Shown one piece after another: positions 1 through 10,887 of a stretch of 64,000 bases of DNA. Every line of letters begins with the position of its first letter. Position 1 is the stretch's first letter. The notes below the pieces were generated by a model. The model saw nothing but the letters and a program-made list of their open reading frames with translations. It had not been told where the DNA came from and did no database searches. A program made the translations under genes and the position numbers. The stretch lies in the NCBI RefSeq assembly GCF_053078305.1, contig NZ_CP166879.1. One strand, 5' to 3'.

Positions 1-516
1 TGCTGTCACCCCCACATCATTGTTTTCCGCATCCGTCCAGAAAAACGCCTCCGGCAGTTTCCCCGCTTTCGCTGCCGCCACCGATGGCTCAAGACGCGTC
101 TGCGTTGACTTCCCGTAGTCCCATTTACGCCCATTGTGCTCAAACGTGTAGTTCGCCGCTTCCATCGCATTACGCCAGGCGTTAATTTCATCGCCCTTCA
201 TCCCTCGCGCTTTCTCCGCGGTCAGCAGGTCCGTGATTTTCTCCCCGTCAAAACCCCAGCGCCCCGAGATGTCAGCTTTGCGGTTTTCTTCCGTATCCGC
301 CACCTCCACCACACTCTGGCCCACTGGCCACAGAACTGATGCCACCCTGCTGATGCCGGTAATGACTCCGGCACTGTTATAAACCACCTTCAGCGTCTCT
401 GCTGAAAATAACGACTGACACTCATACCAGTCCTGACCATCCTCTGATTTCAGGTACATCGCACCCGGCACATCCGGATTTTCCGGCGTGTATTGTCTGA
501 AATTCTTTATGTGCAT
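1..516 (-). CDS. Tail fibre assembly protein (Tfa family), partial; C-terminus beyond window start
   Basis: ATG at 516 read from sequence; translation MHIKNFRQYTPENPDVPGAMYLKSEDGQDWYECQS... continues without stop to position 1; lies immediately downstream of the tail fibre gene. Confidence 0.7.
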   Translation of the reverse strand, partial: MHIKNFRQYTPENPDVPGAMYLKSEDGQDWYECQSLFSAETLKVVYNSAGVITGISRVASVLWPVGQSVVEVADTEENRKADISGRWGFDGEKITDLLTAEKARGMKGDEINAWRNAMEAANYTFEHNGRKWDYGKSTQTRLEPSVAAAKAGKLPEAFFWTDAENNDVGVTA

Positions 517-557
517 CTGTAAGTCCTCCCGGTTACATGTCTGAAAGATGATGCGCT

Positions 558-2285
558 TTATAATGGAAAATACTCAAACCCCGAAGCTCCTGACGACACA
601 TACTCACCCACGCTGACTGTACGCCACTGAGAACCATCAAATGTCACCTGAAGCGGCCTGTAAGATACCCTGTCAATAAGGGTTTTGTTTCCGTCGTTGT
701 AACCGCCAATCCCCGTAATCATTGCACCAATATCCAAATCCACTGCCCATGTAGTGCTGTCTGTTTGCGGCGCATAAGTCTGTTTATTACCCAGCCTGAT
801 ACCCACAACCCGGCTCTTCCCGTCTGATGCCCCGGGCGGCCCCATCGGCCCGGTTTCTCCACGCTCACCTCTGGGACCGGGGTCTCCTTTCTCCCCTTTC
901 GGTCCCTGCGCTCCCCGCGGACCAGCGGGGCCTGTTGCTCCCGTTTCACCTTTCGGACCCTGTGCTCCGGGGTCGCCTTTCTCTCCTTTCGGACCGGGAA
1001 CACCACCTCCTGCTGCAGCCTCTTCTGCCTTTGTTTTCGCTTCATTTGCCACATCCATTGCCGCCTTCACGGCCTTCGGCGTGGCTGCCTTTGTTTCGTC
1101 ATTACTGCCAGTATCACTGCTTAACTGCACCACACCTTTCTGCGTCGTGCTGGCATCCCGCTGGCTGACCGTATCCGGTTTGTTTTTTGTGCTGTAATCC
1201 ACCCGCCAGTGGAAATACCGTGTGTCGCCGTAAACCGTACAGGTACAGACCGTGCCATTAATAAACCCCGTTGCACCGTATTCGCCAATGGTGACCCGGA
1301 CTATGGCAGCCTCATACGTTCCCATCACCTCAATGACACAGCCACCCAGATTGAGTTTTCCCGGTCCGACATCCGTGATGACTTTATTCATTGACGCAAG
1401 CAGTGATGCCTTCATCATCCAGTAAGGCTGGTCAAATGCCCCTTTTTCTTTCAGCCAGGCAACAAACTCGCGTGTTTTCCATTCACCGGCCCCCGTATGA
1501 ATGTCCCGCCCGTATACTCTGGCTGCTCCCACGGTGTTCAGAAACTTCACCTTATCCGGGATATCGTCACCGTTTTTCGCTTTCTCCAGGCATCCGTCCG
1601 CTTTGTCCATTGCCGCTTTCACCGCTTTCGGGGTGGCTGCCTTCGTTTCATCATCACTGTCCGTTGCGCTGCTTAACTGCACAATTCCCTTCTGTGCCGT
1701 CGTCGCATCCGGCCCTCCCGGCTCGCCTTTTTCGCCCTTCTCTCCCCGTTCACCTTTCACACCCTGAAGCCCCTGTGGTCCTGTCTCACCACGCTCACCC
1801 TTTGGCCCCCGCTCGCCGGTATCGCCTTTTGGCCCGGGAATACCCTGCGGCCCGGTGTCCCCCTTATCCCCCTTCGGTCCCCGTGCATTCTCTGCCCGTT
1901 TTTTTGCCTCCTCCGCACTGGCTGCGGAGGCTTCCGCACGTTTCAGGATTTCCGCTGCCACCGCTTCCAGCTCTGCAAGGGCTTTCGGGTAATACTGTGC
2001 GTCTTCCAGGTCCATCAGAAATTTATTCAGCGTTCCCGGTGCAGAATCCGCCTTCACCAGAATGTCACCCACATATGACGGCGCGTACCCTTCCGTGTTC
2101 AGCGTCACCCGGTACAACCCCGGCTCAACATCCATACTGTAACTGCCGGTTTCCCCCGGCAGACCATACGCCACCGTGGTGACAATCACCGTCTCCGTTG
2201 TGCGTCGCGCTTTCAGCTCTATCGTGCATCCCGGTACCGCTTTTCCCGTACCATCCTTCAGCACACCCGATATTCTGACTGTCAT
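558..2285 (-). CDS. Side tail fibre protein with collagen-like Gly-X-Y repeats
   Basis: 575-aa ORF; two blocks of [13 protein letters not shown]... triplet repeats; GGGGGA RBS upstream of ATG at 2285; position downstream of J. Confidence 0.85.
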   Translation of the reverse strand: MTVRISGVLKDGTGKAVPGCTIELKARRTTETVIVTTVAYGLPGETGSYSMDVEPGLYRVTLNTEGYAPSYVGDILVKADSAPGTLNKFLMDLEDAQYYPKALAELEAVAAEILKRAEASAASAEEAKKRAENARGPKGDKGDTGPQGIPGPKGDTGERGPKGERGETGPQGLQGVKGERGEKGEKGEPGGPDATTAQKGIVQLSSATDSDDETKAATPKAVKAAMDKADGCLEKAKNGDDIPDKVKFLNTVGAARVYGRDIHTGAGEWKTREFVAWLKEKGAFDQPYWMMKASLLASMNKVITDVGPGKLNLGGCVIEVMGTYEAAIVRVTIGEYGATGFINGTVCTCTVYGDTRYFHWRVDYSTKNKPDTVSQRDASTTQKGVVQLSSDTGSNDETKAATPKAVKAAMDVANEAKTKAEEAAAGGGVPGPKGEKGDPGAQGPKGETGATGPAGPRGAQGPKGEKGDPGPRGERGETGPMGPPGASDGKSRVVGIRLGNKQTYAPQTDSTTWAVDLDIGAMITGIGGYNDGNKTLIDRVSYRPLQVTFDGSQWRTVSVGEYVSSGASGFEYFPL

Positions 2286-2427
2286 GGATTTCCCCCATAA
2301 AAAAACCGCAGTACCGGTTTCCCGGCCTGCGGTAAAATTTGTGGTTTGTTGGTGTTAAAACGGTGCCATCCGGCTGACCACCCTCAGCAACCGGTCGGCG
2401 GGGGATATTCTCCCCCGCCACGGTTTC

Positions 2428-2568
2428 TTACTGCTTACACTGTAAGAACGCCGCAATCTCCGCGCCCGCTATCCGGAACCGGAACTCGCACAGTGAACTG
2501 TGGGTGATCCAGATAATGAGCACTACCGTGATACAAATCACGGTGGTTTTTAACGGTTTTTGCGACAT
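2428..2568 (-). CDS. Hok/Gef-family type I toxin-like small membrane protein (46 aa)
   Basis: Read by eye (below ORF-track size cutoff): MSQKPLKTTVICITVVLIIWITHSSLCEFRFRIAGAEIAAFLQCKQ; hydrophobic helix then LCExRxR...AAF motif as in Hok/RelF; AAGGAG RBS 9 nt upstream. Confidence 0.5.
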   Translation of the reverse strand: MSQKPLKTTVICITVVLIIWITHSSLCEFRFRIAGAEIAAFLQCKQ

Positions 2569-2766
2569 AAACGCTTGCTCCTTTTACGGAGAGGCGCTAA
2601 CCTTCCACTTGTTGAAGGTAGGAACGTCAGGCCTCGGGTTAAACATGAATGTTTGTCCGGGGCCTTTTCACATCCGGCCTTCAGGTGCTCCCTCCGGCCA
2701 TCAGCCAAAGGCACCCGCGCATAATGTACGGTTTTTGTCTCCTTCCGGCAATCCGGCTCCTCATGA

Positions 2767-5700
2767 TCACGAAATACTGATACCCGCCGTGGACTTCTTC
2801 ATCACGACAACCAGCAGATCGCTGATACTCGCTGTCGGGTACCATCCATTCACCAGCCAGGCAGACACAGAAAACTCCAGCGTCATATGCCCCCTTCCTG
2901 CAGGCATATCAATCACCCCTGAATACACCTGAGACTCAGCCAGCGCCGTCCTTTCAAAAAGCACCCTGCCGTTACATTTCACCATCAGCCGGCATGATGA
3001 ATAAATATCGTTATGCTCTCTCTCATGTTTAGCGCCGCTGAAAGCCACTGCCGGGATCACAATTTGCCGGTCAAAAGGCTGATCGTCATAAATCCTGACG
3101 GTAATGGTCCCCGATGGCCACCGCTCCGGTGCGCGGGAGTCCCGCGGGAAAGCCTTCCCCACGGTTTTAACAATATCGCCTTCAATCTGGTTGGCAGACA
3201 GTTTTCCAAGTATCCGGCAGTTCTGGTTAATGGTCACATTATTGAGCGTGCCCGAGTTCGCACTGATATGTCCGCTGATGTCCGCATTGCGGGCCGTCAG
3301 CCTGCCCTCCGGCGTCAGGGAGAACGTCGGGGGATTGCCGGACGAGGTGATGCTCACTGCAAACAACCGCTTCAGGAACACATCGTTCATGAACAGCTGA
3401 TTCCCCTGCGCCACAAACAGCGGCGTGGTGTTGCCGTTCTCCGGGTTAATCATCGCGATACGGTCCGCCTGCAGCAGTATATTGCTCAGGGGCTGGCCAT
3501 CAGCATCCTCAATCCCCGCACCAATACCGGCAACATACGGAATGCCGTTTTTCGTTTTCTGCACCTTCAGCATGTACAGCGCAGCCAGGTCGTTATTTGT
3601 GTCTGTCTGCACCCGCTGTATCTGCTGTATGGTGGCACTCTGGTCTTCCAGGGTTTTACTGACCGTCTGCGTGATTTCATTGCGGGTTTCGGTGATGGTG
3701 GTCTTCATCTCCGCCATCTCATCATCAAGCTGGCTGTTATCAATCAGCTCCCACATCCCCTGTGCCAGATGTGTCTTCCCGATTTCTCCTCTGAAAAAGT
3801 CCAGATACCCTTCCGCATCATTGCTGGCCCGGCCACTGGCTTCCACAAACGCAGATTTCCCCACCAGGTTGACGCTGCGCACATAAAACCAGAAATCCTT
3901 CCCCGGCTTAATGTGCGGGCCGGAGACACTCCACTGGCGGCCTGTCCCCAGATAACGGGCAGAGGTTTCCACCTGAGATGTGTCTGCGATTTTTGCCTCC
4001 GAAAACCAGAACTCAAATTGTACCGTCGGGTCATACACCGTAAGATGCGGGACCGCCGTTATCTGATAATACCCCGGCGTCAGCTCAATGCTGTCCGGTG
4101 CTGCCGGGGCGTTAATCCGGAACGTGGTGGTGGCAGGTTCGCCCTGCTGGCCGTAGCTGTTTATCGCCCTGACCGTCAGGGTGTATTCCCCGGGCGGCAG
4201 GCCACTGAAACGGTGCTCCGTATCGGCAGTGATGGCGCTGGTCACCAGGCGGCTGTTTTCACCACTGCCACTGGTCAGGCGCAGACTGAAGCGCACGCCC
4301 TTCACCACCCGCGGCGTGTCCCATTTTGCCAGCGCCATATACTGGCCGTCTGAGGCACTCACCTCCACCGTGAGGTGCTGCACTGCCGGCGGGATGACGC
4401 TGTTCAGTGAACCGGAGAGCGGCTCAAAGCGGGCCCCGTTATCCACGATGGCTTCTTTTTCCGGTACGTGCTGCACTGCCGTGATGGCAAAGGTGCCGTC
4501 CGTGTTTTCCCGGATGGAAACACAGCGGAACAGGCGACGACGCAGTGACGGCAGGGAGAGTCCCCACACACCGTATGTCTCCACGCCATCCGGCAGGGCG
4601 CTGACCTGTATCCGGTCAGGGGCGGGGTGTGCAGTGATGTCCACGCGCACCGGCTTACCGCTGCCGTTAATCAGGTTCACCGTCGATGTACCTGCTTCCG
4701 GCAGTGTCACCTCACGGTCCAGCGTCAGTGTGCGGCTGGCGGCATCGATGGACAGGATGCGTCCACCGGTCAGGGTCCCGGCATAGTCGTTATCACAGAT
4801 TTCAATGATGTCACCGGGCGTGTGCCGCAGCCCCTGTGACCCGAGCATGAAATCCACCGTCTGTGTTTCCAGCAGTTCTGTCTTTATCACCCACAGTCCG
4901 GCACGGTGGGCCTGACCGCGGCTGGTACAGCCGAACGCATCCATCTTCAGCAGATTGCGCCCGTAGCGCAGGATGGCGTCCGGGTCTTCCACCAGTTCCG
5001 TGGAAGTCTGCCAGCCGTTCTGCGGGTCAGTGTAATTCACCTCCACCGCCGTGTGCCGGTCCTTCAGGGCACTGAAGCTGTAGCGGAACCCCACGCCGTT
5101 ATCATCCACCACCACATCGCTGTTGGTGTACGGCCACACCACATCCGACGGACGGTCCTGAACGAACGTCAGCGTCTGGCCGTTCCATACCGGCATACAG
5201 CGCATCGCCGAGCAGAAATCCCCCAGGACATCCCACACCTTACGCTGCTGTGACAGGTACGCATTGAAAGTCATCCGCGGCTCTGTTCCCCCGAAACCAT
5301 CCGGGACCGTCTGGTCACAGTACTGCCCGATGGCATACAGTGCCCACTTGTCCACGTCCGGGGCCCCCAGGCGTTTTCCCATCCCGTAGCGCGGGTGGGT
5401 CAGCATGTCCCACAGGCACCAGGCCGGGTTATTGCTGTATGCCGGTTTCAGACTCCCGTCCCAGATACCGCTGTAGGTGCGTTTTTCCGGGTCATAGTTT
5501 GACGGCACCTGAATGATGCGACCACGGATATGGTAGTTCACCGTCAGCTGCTGGCCACCAAACTGCTCCGCATCCACCTGCAGCCCCACAATGGCCGTGT
5601 TCGGGTAGCACTGTTTCACATCGATGATTTCGGTGTATGACGACCACAGCGTTCTGTTCTGCAGCTGGTCCGTGGTGCTGTCCGCCGTCTCCCTGACCAT

Positions 5701-6240
5701 CCGGATGTTAAAGGGGCGCTCAGGGAGATTATTCAGAATCACCGACGTCAGGTACTGCGAGGTGGTCTTGCCGTTAATGGTGATATCCTTCTCCGTCACC
5801 CAGTGCCCGTTACGCTCAAGCTGAATCAGCAGGCGGACAGAAGAGGGATTACGGTCACCCTTTGAGGTGGTCTCCACCAGTGACTGTACCCCGAAGGTGA
5901 CCCGCAGACGGTCAATGTTCGCTGACGTGATGGTGCGCGTCACCGGCTTTGCCTTCGTCACCTCCACGCCCAGTGCGGTTTCCGCCCCGGAGGACTCAAA
6001 GCCTTCCGGCGGTGTCTGCTCCTGCTCCCCGGCACGCCAGACGGCGGTCACACCGTGTATCACAGGATTACCGTCCGTGTCCGTCAGCGGGGTTTTGTTC
6101 ACCAGAATACTCTGCAGTCCCTTCACCGGGCCTTCCACCGGTCCCTCACCAATGGCATCAATCACGCTCATCATCTGCGTGGATTTGAGATTGTCCTTCG
6201 CCTCACGCGGTGTGTGCCCCTTGCCGCCCCCTTTACCCAC
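2767..6240 (-). CDS. J: Tail tip / host specificity protein J
   Basis: Track ORF 2767..6291; likely GTG start at ~6240 ([17 protein letters not shown]..., GAGGGGGA RBS); length and sequence are lambda J-like throughout. Confidence 0.9.
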   Translation of the reverse strand: MGKGGGKGHTPREAKDNLKSTQMMSVIDAIGEGPVEGPVKGLQSILVNKTPLTDTDGNPVIHGVTAVWRAGEQEQTPPEGFESSGAETALGVEVTKAKPVTRTITSANIDRLRVTFGVQSLVETTSKGDRNPSSVRLLIQLERNGHWVTEKDITINGKTTSQYLTSVILNNLPERPFNIRMVRETADSTTDQLQNRTLWSSYTEIIDVKQCYPNTAIVGLQVDAEQFGGQQLTVNYHIRGRIIQVPSNYDPEKRTYSGIWDGSLKPAYSNNPAWCLWDMLTHPRYGMGKRLGAPDVDKWALYAIGQYCDQTVPDGFGGTEPRMTFNAYLSQQRKVWDVLGDFCSAMRCMPVWNGQTLTFVQDRPSDVVWPYTNSDVVVDDNGVGFRYSFSALKDRHTAVEVNYTDPQNGWQTSTELVEDPDAILRYGRNLLKMDAFGCTSRGQAHRAGLWVIKTELLETQTVDFMLGSQGLRHTPGDIIEICDNDYAGTLTGGRILSIDAASRTLTLDREVTLPEAGTSTVNLINGSGKPVRVDITAHPAPDRIQVSALPDGVETYGVWGLSLPSLRRRLFRCVSIRENTDGTFAITAVQHVPEKEAIVDNGARFEPLSGSLNSVIPPAVQHLTVEVSASDGQYMALAKWDTPRVVKGVRFSLRLTSGSGENSRLVTSAITADTEHRFSGLPPGEYTLTVRAINSYGQQGEPATTTFRINAPAAPDSIELTPGYYQITAVPHLTVYDPTVQFEFWFSEAKIADTSQVETSARYLGTGRQWSVSGPHIKPGKDFWFYVRSVNLVGKSAFVEASGRASNDAEGYLDFFRGEIGKTHLAQGMWELIDNSQLDDEMAEMKTTITETRNEITQTVSKTLEDQSATIQQIQRVQTDTNNDLAALYMLKVQKTKNGIPYVAGIGAGIEDADGQPLSNILLQADRIAMINPENGNTTPLFVAQGNQLFMNDVFLKRLFAVSITSSGNPPTFSLTPEGRLTARNADISGHISANSGTLNNVTINQNCRILGKLSANQIEGDIVKTVGKAFPRDSRAPERWPSGTITVRIYDDQPFDRQIVIPAVAFSGAKHEREHNDIYSSCRLMVKCNGRVLFERTALAESQVYSGVIDMPAGRGHMTLEFSVSAWLVNGWYPTASISDLLVVVMKKSTAGISIS

Positions 6241-6284
6241 TCTGTCCCCCTCTCCTGTCTGATGTCTGAATCTGTTTATGCCCA

Positions 6285-6311
6285 AAAACAACAGGCACCC
6301 CGGAGGGTGCC
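6285..6311 (-). terminator. Intrinsic terminator-like hairpin ~45 nt upstream of J start
   Basis: Minus strand CAGGCACCC-TCCG-GGGTGCCTG followed by TTGTTTTT. Confidence 0.45.
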
Positions 6312-6327
6312 TGTGTCATGACGGAAT

Positions 6328-6488
6328 AAAATTTCTGAAATTCTTCACATTTCCGGCAATTGCCTGTAGCCACTATAATGACGCAGCGTTACAGTTTTTT
6401 TGCTCAATAAAAGCAATAATTATCAGACCTCCTTAAGGTGACTATTCGTCTCCCGTCAGTATCCGGCGATATTACGGGAGATTTTTTT
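6328..6488 (+). ncRNA. Candidate small RNA mini-cassette, copy 1 of 3 (promoter-like box to intrinsic terminator)
   Basis: Box AAATTTCTGAAATTCTTCACATTT, TATAAT at ~6374, hairpin CTCCCGT...ACGGGAG plus T7 at ~6449-6488; no convincing ORF. Confidence 0.3.
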
Positions 6489-6566
6489 GCTTCAGCCACA
6501 CCACAACATCCTGCTCATTTACGCCACTGGTACCCTGGCGGTCATCCGTTCTGTAAACCTGCGACA

Positions 6567-6722
6567 GAAAAAGTCTGAATTTCTTCACATTTTCTGTACG
6601 TTCCCGTGGCAGATATCATTCCGGGGCGTTACAGTTTTTTCGGGTCAATAAAAACAAAACTCCTTGAACGTTAATCTTCATCGGTTCTGTCCCGCAGTCT
6701 CCGGACTCTGCGGGATTTTTTT
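6567..6722 (+). ncRNA. Candidate small RNA mini-cassette, copy 2 of 3
   Basis: Same 5' box (AAGTCTGAATTTCTTCACATTTT), TATCAT at ~6614, hairpin CCCGCAG...CTGCGGG plus T-run at ~6690-6722. Confidence 0.3.
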
Positions 6723-6795
6723 ATCCCTTAACCCCGGCATGATGTTTTCTGTCTTCTGCCACAGATACCCGGCAAGCTCCCTGCACCTCTGCAGC

Positions 6796-6950
6796 AAAAA
6801 ATTTCTGAATTTCTTCACATTTTCGCAAAATCCATGTGGCGCTTATAATTTCGCTGCGTTAATGTTTTTCTGCCCAAAAAAATAACTCCATAACGTTAAT
6901 CTTCATCGTTATTTCCCGCAGCTCCGCTAACTCTGCGGGATTTTTTTTAT
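6796..6950 (+). ncRNA. Candidate small RNA mini-cassette, copy 3 of 3
   Basis: Same 5' box, consensus TATAAT at ~6844 with TTCGCA 16 nt upstream, hairpin CCCGCAG...CTGCGGG plus T8 at ~6916-6950, abutting the stop of I. Confidence 0.35.
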
Positions 6951-6952
6951 TT

Positions 6953-7633
6953 TTATCCCCGCCCGATAACCACCACTTTCCCGTCTCCGCCCTCATCACG
7001 GGTGCTGATATCCTGGGATATCCGTCGTGAACCAACCAGCATTTCACCGTAAGGCACCGGCATCGGGTTACCCTGGGCAATCATGTTGTCCAGTGACGAA
7101 AAATACGTGTTCTGTTTACCGTTATCCGTACTTTTATACTCCGGCGTCTTTGCCTTCGGGGCCAGCATCTGAGCCACACCACCCAGTATCATGCTGGCAC
7201 CCAGTGAGAACAGCATCGTGGTGGCAGTCAGCCCTCCGGCACTCAGGGCTGCGCCCCATGCCGCCAGTGTTGCACCACCAGTGAAAAATGACCCGACAAT
7301 CGCTGCAACCCCCAGCACCACCTGAAAAACACCATTTCCCCCGGCTCCGGCCAGTCGCGGCACAATGTGGATGACCGCTCCCTCACCCAGTTGTTCGTGA
7401 AGACGGGCGTACACCGCCTCCGGTGCGGTATCCTCACCGGCAATACGTATCTGATACCAGCCTTCGTTCATCTGACCGCGGAATCCCGGCACCTGCAGCG
7501 ACAGGGCACGGATGGCCTCCGCTGCCGTGTTCACATACAGGCTGATGCGGCGACCAAATCGTTGTAAATCCCCGTGAAGGCAGATGCGGACCAGTGGCGG
7601 TGACGCCAGACAGAATGCGTTCGTCGTTGCCAT
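6953..7633 (-). CDS. I: Tail assembly protein I
   Basis: 226 aa; conserved ...RICLxGDLQRFGRRI...NGKQNTYFSSLDNM... throughout; overlaps end of K as in lambda. Confidence 0.9.
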   Translation of the reverse strand: MATTNAFCLASPPLVRICLHGDLQRFGRRISLYVNTAAEAIRALSLQVPGFRGQMNEGWYQIRIAGEDTAPEAVYARLHEQLGEGAVIHIVPRLAGAGGNGVFQVVLGVAAIVGSFFTGGATLAAWGAALSAGGLTATTMLFSLGASMILGGVAQMLAPKAKTPEYKSTDNGKQNTYFSSLDNMIAQGNPMPVPYGEMLVGSRRISQDISTRDEGGDGKVVVIGRG

Positions 7634-8274
7634 TTCTCTGAATACCTCTCCCGTTTACTCAGTTGTTCAGGTATATGGTGAAGCAGTTCACCGTTGCCAC
7701 AGTAAATGGCGGCATGATTCGGCACCGATGAACCAAAGCAGCACAGCAGGATATCGCCCGCCTGTGCACAGGACGGAGACACCCGGTAAAAGCCGTTGTC
7801 TGCCAGGTTGTCCAGGTACAGGTTCTGACCGTTGCGCCACCAGTCATCCTCACGCACAAAATCCGGCAGCGTTATCCCCGCCAGATGGTATGCATCCCGG
7901 AACAGGGTGTAACAGTCCGTCACACCGTGTTCAAAGCGCCGTCCGGTCAGGTGCGGCACACAGCGGAACCGGTGAATTTCACCCCGGCAGACCAGCCACC
8001 AGGGCAGGGCACTCTTTATCTGCAGCCGCCGGTCCGCCTCGCTCAGCCAGGGCAGACCACCGGGATGACTGTGGACCAGCGCCACAATCTCCCCCTGCAT
8101 CTGTGCCTGCAGCCAGTCTTCCGGTGTAATACGAAAATACGCCTCCGGCTCTGCGGAGATATTCACGCAGGGCTGGTACCGTTCGCCCTCCGGGGTGCTT
8201 ATCACGAAGCCGCACGACTCCGCTGGCGCACACCGCCGGGCATGCACCAGAATCGCTGATTCAGTCTGTGTCAT
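7531..8274 (-). CDS. K: Minor tail protein K
   Basis: Internal ATG at ~8274 in track ORF 7531..8535 gives MTQTESAILVHARRCAPAESCGFV...HSHPGG (lambda K-like). Confidence 0.85.
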   Translation of the reverse strand: MTQTESAILVHARRCAPAESCGFVISTPEGERYQPCVNISAEPEAYFRITPEDWLQAQMQGEIVALVHSHPGGLPWLSEADRRLQIKSALPWWLVCRGEIHRFRCVPHLTGRRFEHGVTDCYTLFRDAYHLAGITLPDFVREDDWWRNGQNLYLDNLADNGFYRVSPSCAQAGDILLCCFGSSVPNHAAIYCGNGELLHHIPEQLSKRERYSEKWQRRTHSVWRHRHWSASAFTGIYNDLVAASACM

Positions 8275-8284
8275 AAACCGGGAT

Positions 8285-8983
8285 TTACTGCGAAAGTTTA
8301 TTGATGGAAAGGAAACCGCCAAAATTGACCGCCATGCCGCGCATCTCACACCCGCGCATGCATTTACTGCATCTGTCCTTCCGGATATCCGTGGTAGGGT
8401 TGTCGAACTCATCCGCCACTGCCGGACCGTTATACCCGCACTCATCGCCCCGGTAATCCCACATACAGGTGTTCGCCAGCATGATGCGACCGGGAAACAG
8501 CGCCCCGTCCGTCTCCGTCGGTGTCGCCAGCACAAACGAGGCCGTCATGGCCGTCAGCGCTGATAACTGCTCCACCACCCACCGGTCCGTCAGCTCCTGC
8601 TCCGGGTCTGCCTCCGGATTCCCCGCCACAAAGTTCACCGCATCAAGAAAACGCGCATACACCCGGCGGCGGACCACCGTGGCACCCACCAGGCTCTGCA
8701 AATCCTCCGCCATCCCGGTGACAAGGCCGAAAAGATTGGACACCGTCAGCGACGGGCGGGCACTGCTGCCCTTTCCGTTCATCTCAAAGCCGCTGCCCTC
8801 AATCGGGTACGCCTGATATTCACGCCCCTGCCAGGTCACCGGCTCCCCTTTTTCATTCAGCTCATTGCAGAAAAAATACCGCTCACCGCCCTGCACCGTC
8901 AGGTCGATTTCCCAGAGCACCACCCGCGGTGACTGCTCTGACTTAACCGACTCGTTCAGGCTTTCTTCGTGAATATCCTGCAT
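8285..8983 (-). CDS. L: Minor tail protein L
   Basis: Internal ATG in track ORF 8285..9025 gives MQDIHEESLNE...GFLSINKLSQ, 232 aa as lambda L. Confidence 0.9.
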   Translation of the reverse strand: MQDIHEESLNESVKSEQSPRVVLWEIDLTVQGGERYFFCNELNEKGEPVTWQGREYQAYPIEGSGFEMNGKGSSARPSLTVSNLFGLVTGMAEDLQSLVGATVVRRRVYARFLDAVNFVAGNPEADPEQELTDRWVVEQLSALTAMTASFVLATPTETDGALFPGRIMLANTCMWDYRGDECGYNGPAVADEFDNPTTDIRKDRCSKCMRGCEMRGMAVNFGGFLSINKLSQ

Positions 8984-8994
8984 ATATCCGCCCA

Positions 8995-9019
8995 TAAAAA
9001 AGGGGCGCAGACGCGCCCC
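8995..9019 (-). terminator. Intrinsic terminator between porin moron and L
   Basis: Minus strand GGGGCGC-GTCT-GCGCCCC followed by TTTTT, just upstream of the L RBS. Confidence 0.5.
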
Positions 9020-9192
9020 GAACAATAAAAGTCCAATTTAAAATAAAACCAATAAAGGTAATAACAGAAAGTTAAATCAGCACATGCCAGATGGCAATTG
9101 CTGATCGCAGTGACCAATGAAAACTGTGTTTTCATTGATACAGGCCGCCTGTAAGGGCAGACGGCCCGTATTTATTAACTTATCAGCAATAA

Positions 9193-10347
9193 TCAGAACT
9201 GATAAGTCATACCCACAGCAACGATATTATCTGTCGCAACACCGGCTTTCCGGGTAAATTCACTTTCATCAATCAGGTTAATTTTATAATCAACATAGGT
9301 GGACATATTCTTGTTAAAGTAATAAGTCGCACCGACATCAATATATTTAACCAGATCCTGATCGCCATGGTTCACACCACCAACCATAACATCCTGTCCG
9401 CGGGACTGAAGGTAGGCAAGGGACGGGCGCAGACCAAAATCAAACTGATACTGAACAACGGCTTCGATATTCTGAGCTTTATCCGCAACACCTTGATCAC
9501 CAAAGGTCGTCATATTCTGGGTTTCAGAATACACTGCTGCCAGATACAGGTTATTGGCATCATATTTAAGACCAGTTCCCCAGAATTCAGCATGTTTACC
9601 TTTTGCCACACTACCTGAGTCAACTGTTTTTTCTCCAACCTTTTTACCTGATTCAGGATCAAGAACATCTGCAGTACCGTTCAACCCCTGAACCTGCTTA
9701 TCGGTACGATCTGACTTGGTATACGCAGCGACAAAACCAAAACCATCAAACTCATAGCTGGCCGAGAAACCATACCCGTCGCCATTAGCCTTCTGAAGGT
9801 CATCACGCTCATTTTTGCCCTGATACTGCGCCGCAAAATTCAGACCATCAACCAGTCCGAAGAAGTCTGTATTACGGTAAGTCAGGACACCGGAAGTTCG
9901 GGCCGTCATAAAGTTATCGGTCTGCGTCCAGCCATCACCACCAAACTCAGGCAGTACGTCAGTATATGATCCGACATCGTAAGCAATACCATAGTTACGT
10001 CCGTAATCAATGGTACCAACATCTGCAAATCTCAGACCTGCAAATGCCAGACGGGTTTTATTTCCCGCGGAACCTTCAGATTCCGTTTTGTTACCAGAGA
10101 ACTGGTATTCCCACTGACCAAATCCGGTCAGTTGATCATTAATCTGCGTTTCGCCTTTAAAGCCGAGACGAGCATAAGTCTGGTCTCCGTCATTACCTTT
10201 ATCATCCGAGAAGTAATGCAGAGCGGTTGCACGCCCGTAAAGATCCAGTTTATTACCATCTTTATTATAAACTTCTGCTGCCTGCGCCCCCGCAGCAAAC
10301 ATCACTGCCACTGCTACAGCAGAAAGTGCCACTGTCATTTTTTTCAT
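9193..10347 (-). CDS. OmpC/OmpF/NmpC-family general porin (prophage moron)
   Basis: 384 aa with signal peptide; [15 protein letters not shown]... and C-terminal ...YVDYKINL...F typical of enterobacterial 16-strand porins; AT-rich upstream region 10348-10545. Confidence 0.9.
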   Translation of the reverse strand: MKKMTVALSAVAVAVMFAAGAQAAEVYNKDGNKLDLYGRATALHYFSDDKGNDGDQTYARLGFKGETQINDQLTGFGQWEYQFSGNKTESEGSAGNKTRLAFAGLRFADVGTIDYGRNYGIAYDVGSYTDVLPEFGGDGWTQTDNFMTARTSGVLTYRNTDFFGLVDGLNFAAQYQGKNERDDLQKANGDGYGFSASYEFDGFGFVAAYTKSDRTDKQVQGLNGTADVLDPESGKKVGEKTVDSGSVAKGKHAEFWGTGLKYDANNLYLAAVYSETQNMTTFGDQGVADKAQNIEAVVQYQFDFGLRPSLAYLQSRGQDVMVGGVNHGDQDLVKYIDVGATYYFNKNMSTYVDYKINLIDESEFTRKAGVATDNIVAVGMTYQF

Positions 10348-10545
10348 GATTTAATCCTTATTTAAACTGAACTATTCATGCATTCAGATGTCATGAACAA
10401 AAATTAAAATATTTTAATACAAATTCTTAGTTCAATTTATATTATGTAACAAAATGTAAATACAAGATCGATTTCGCACTTTCTGACAAGACAGATTAAA
10501 AATAATTAACAACTAAACAATAAAGAGTGATTTATAGGATAATTC

Positions 10546-10887
10546 TCATCTGACTACCTGCTCTATCGTGCAACTGAAATCACTGTACCGGGCGTTATCC
10601 GTAATACTCCACTCCCGGCACACCACCCTGACCGTCCGGTTATGTTTCGGGGGCTTCCACAAAAAAGCCCGGTAACCACCATGCCATGACAGAAACGCGG
10701 ACAGTGCCTCCCGCTCAGCATCCGTTGTCACCCGAAAAACCACCTGAAAGGTCTTCAGTTGCGCATTCAGTCCTGCCGGACGACGTTGCTGATAACCGTC
10801 GCCAAACTTCACCGTCACCACCGACGGTTTCTCCGTCACCTGCATCCCTTCCCGGGGACACCAGTGAAGGGTCTTAATCTCATCCAC
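10546..10887 (-). CDS. M: Minor tail protein M
   Basis: 113 aa; ...FGDGYQQRRPAGLNAQLKT...; immediately downstream of tape measure. Confidence 0.85.
   Translation of the reverse strand: MDEIKTLHWCPREGMQVTEKPSVVTVKFGDGYQQRRPAGLNAQLKTFQVVFRVTTDAEREALSAFLSWHGGYRAFLWKPPKHNRTVRVVCREWSITDNARYSDFSCTIEQVVR

Noticed and set aside
558-2285. Collagen-like Gly-X-Y tracts as a non-coding simple repeat
   Set aside because: They lie in frame in a long ORF with phage tail-fibre context; plus-strand ORFs across them (827..1168, 1391..2182) are Pro/Ser-rich artefacts of the repeat
2767-6291. Many track ORFs antisense to J, H, yeeJ and other large genes
   Set aside because: They overlap well-supported genes on the opposite strand, are Arg/Pro/His-rich or low complexity, and lack RBS context
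6292-6952. I-J repeat array as a CRISPR array
   Set aside because: Units are ~230 bp, diverged, and each ends in a terminator; there are no short identical direct repeats with unique spacers and no cas genes
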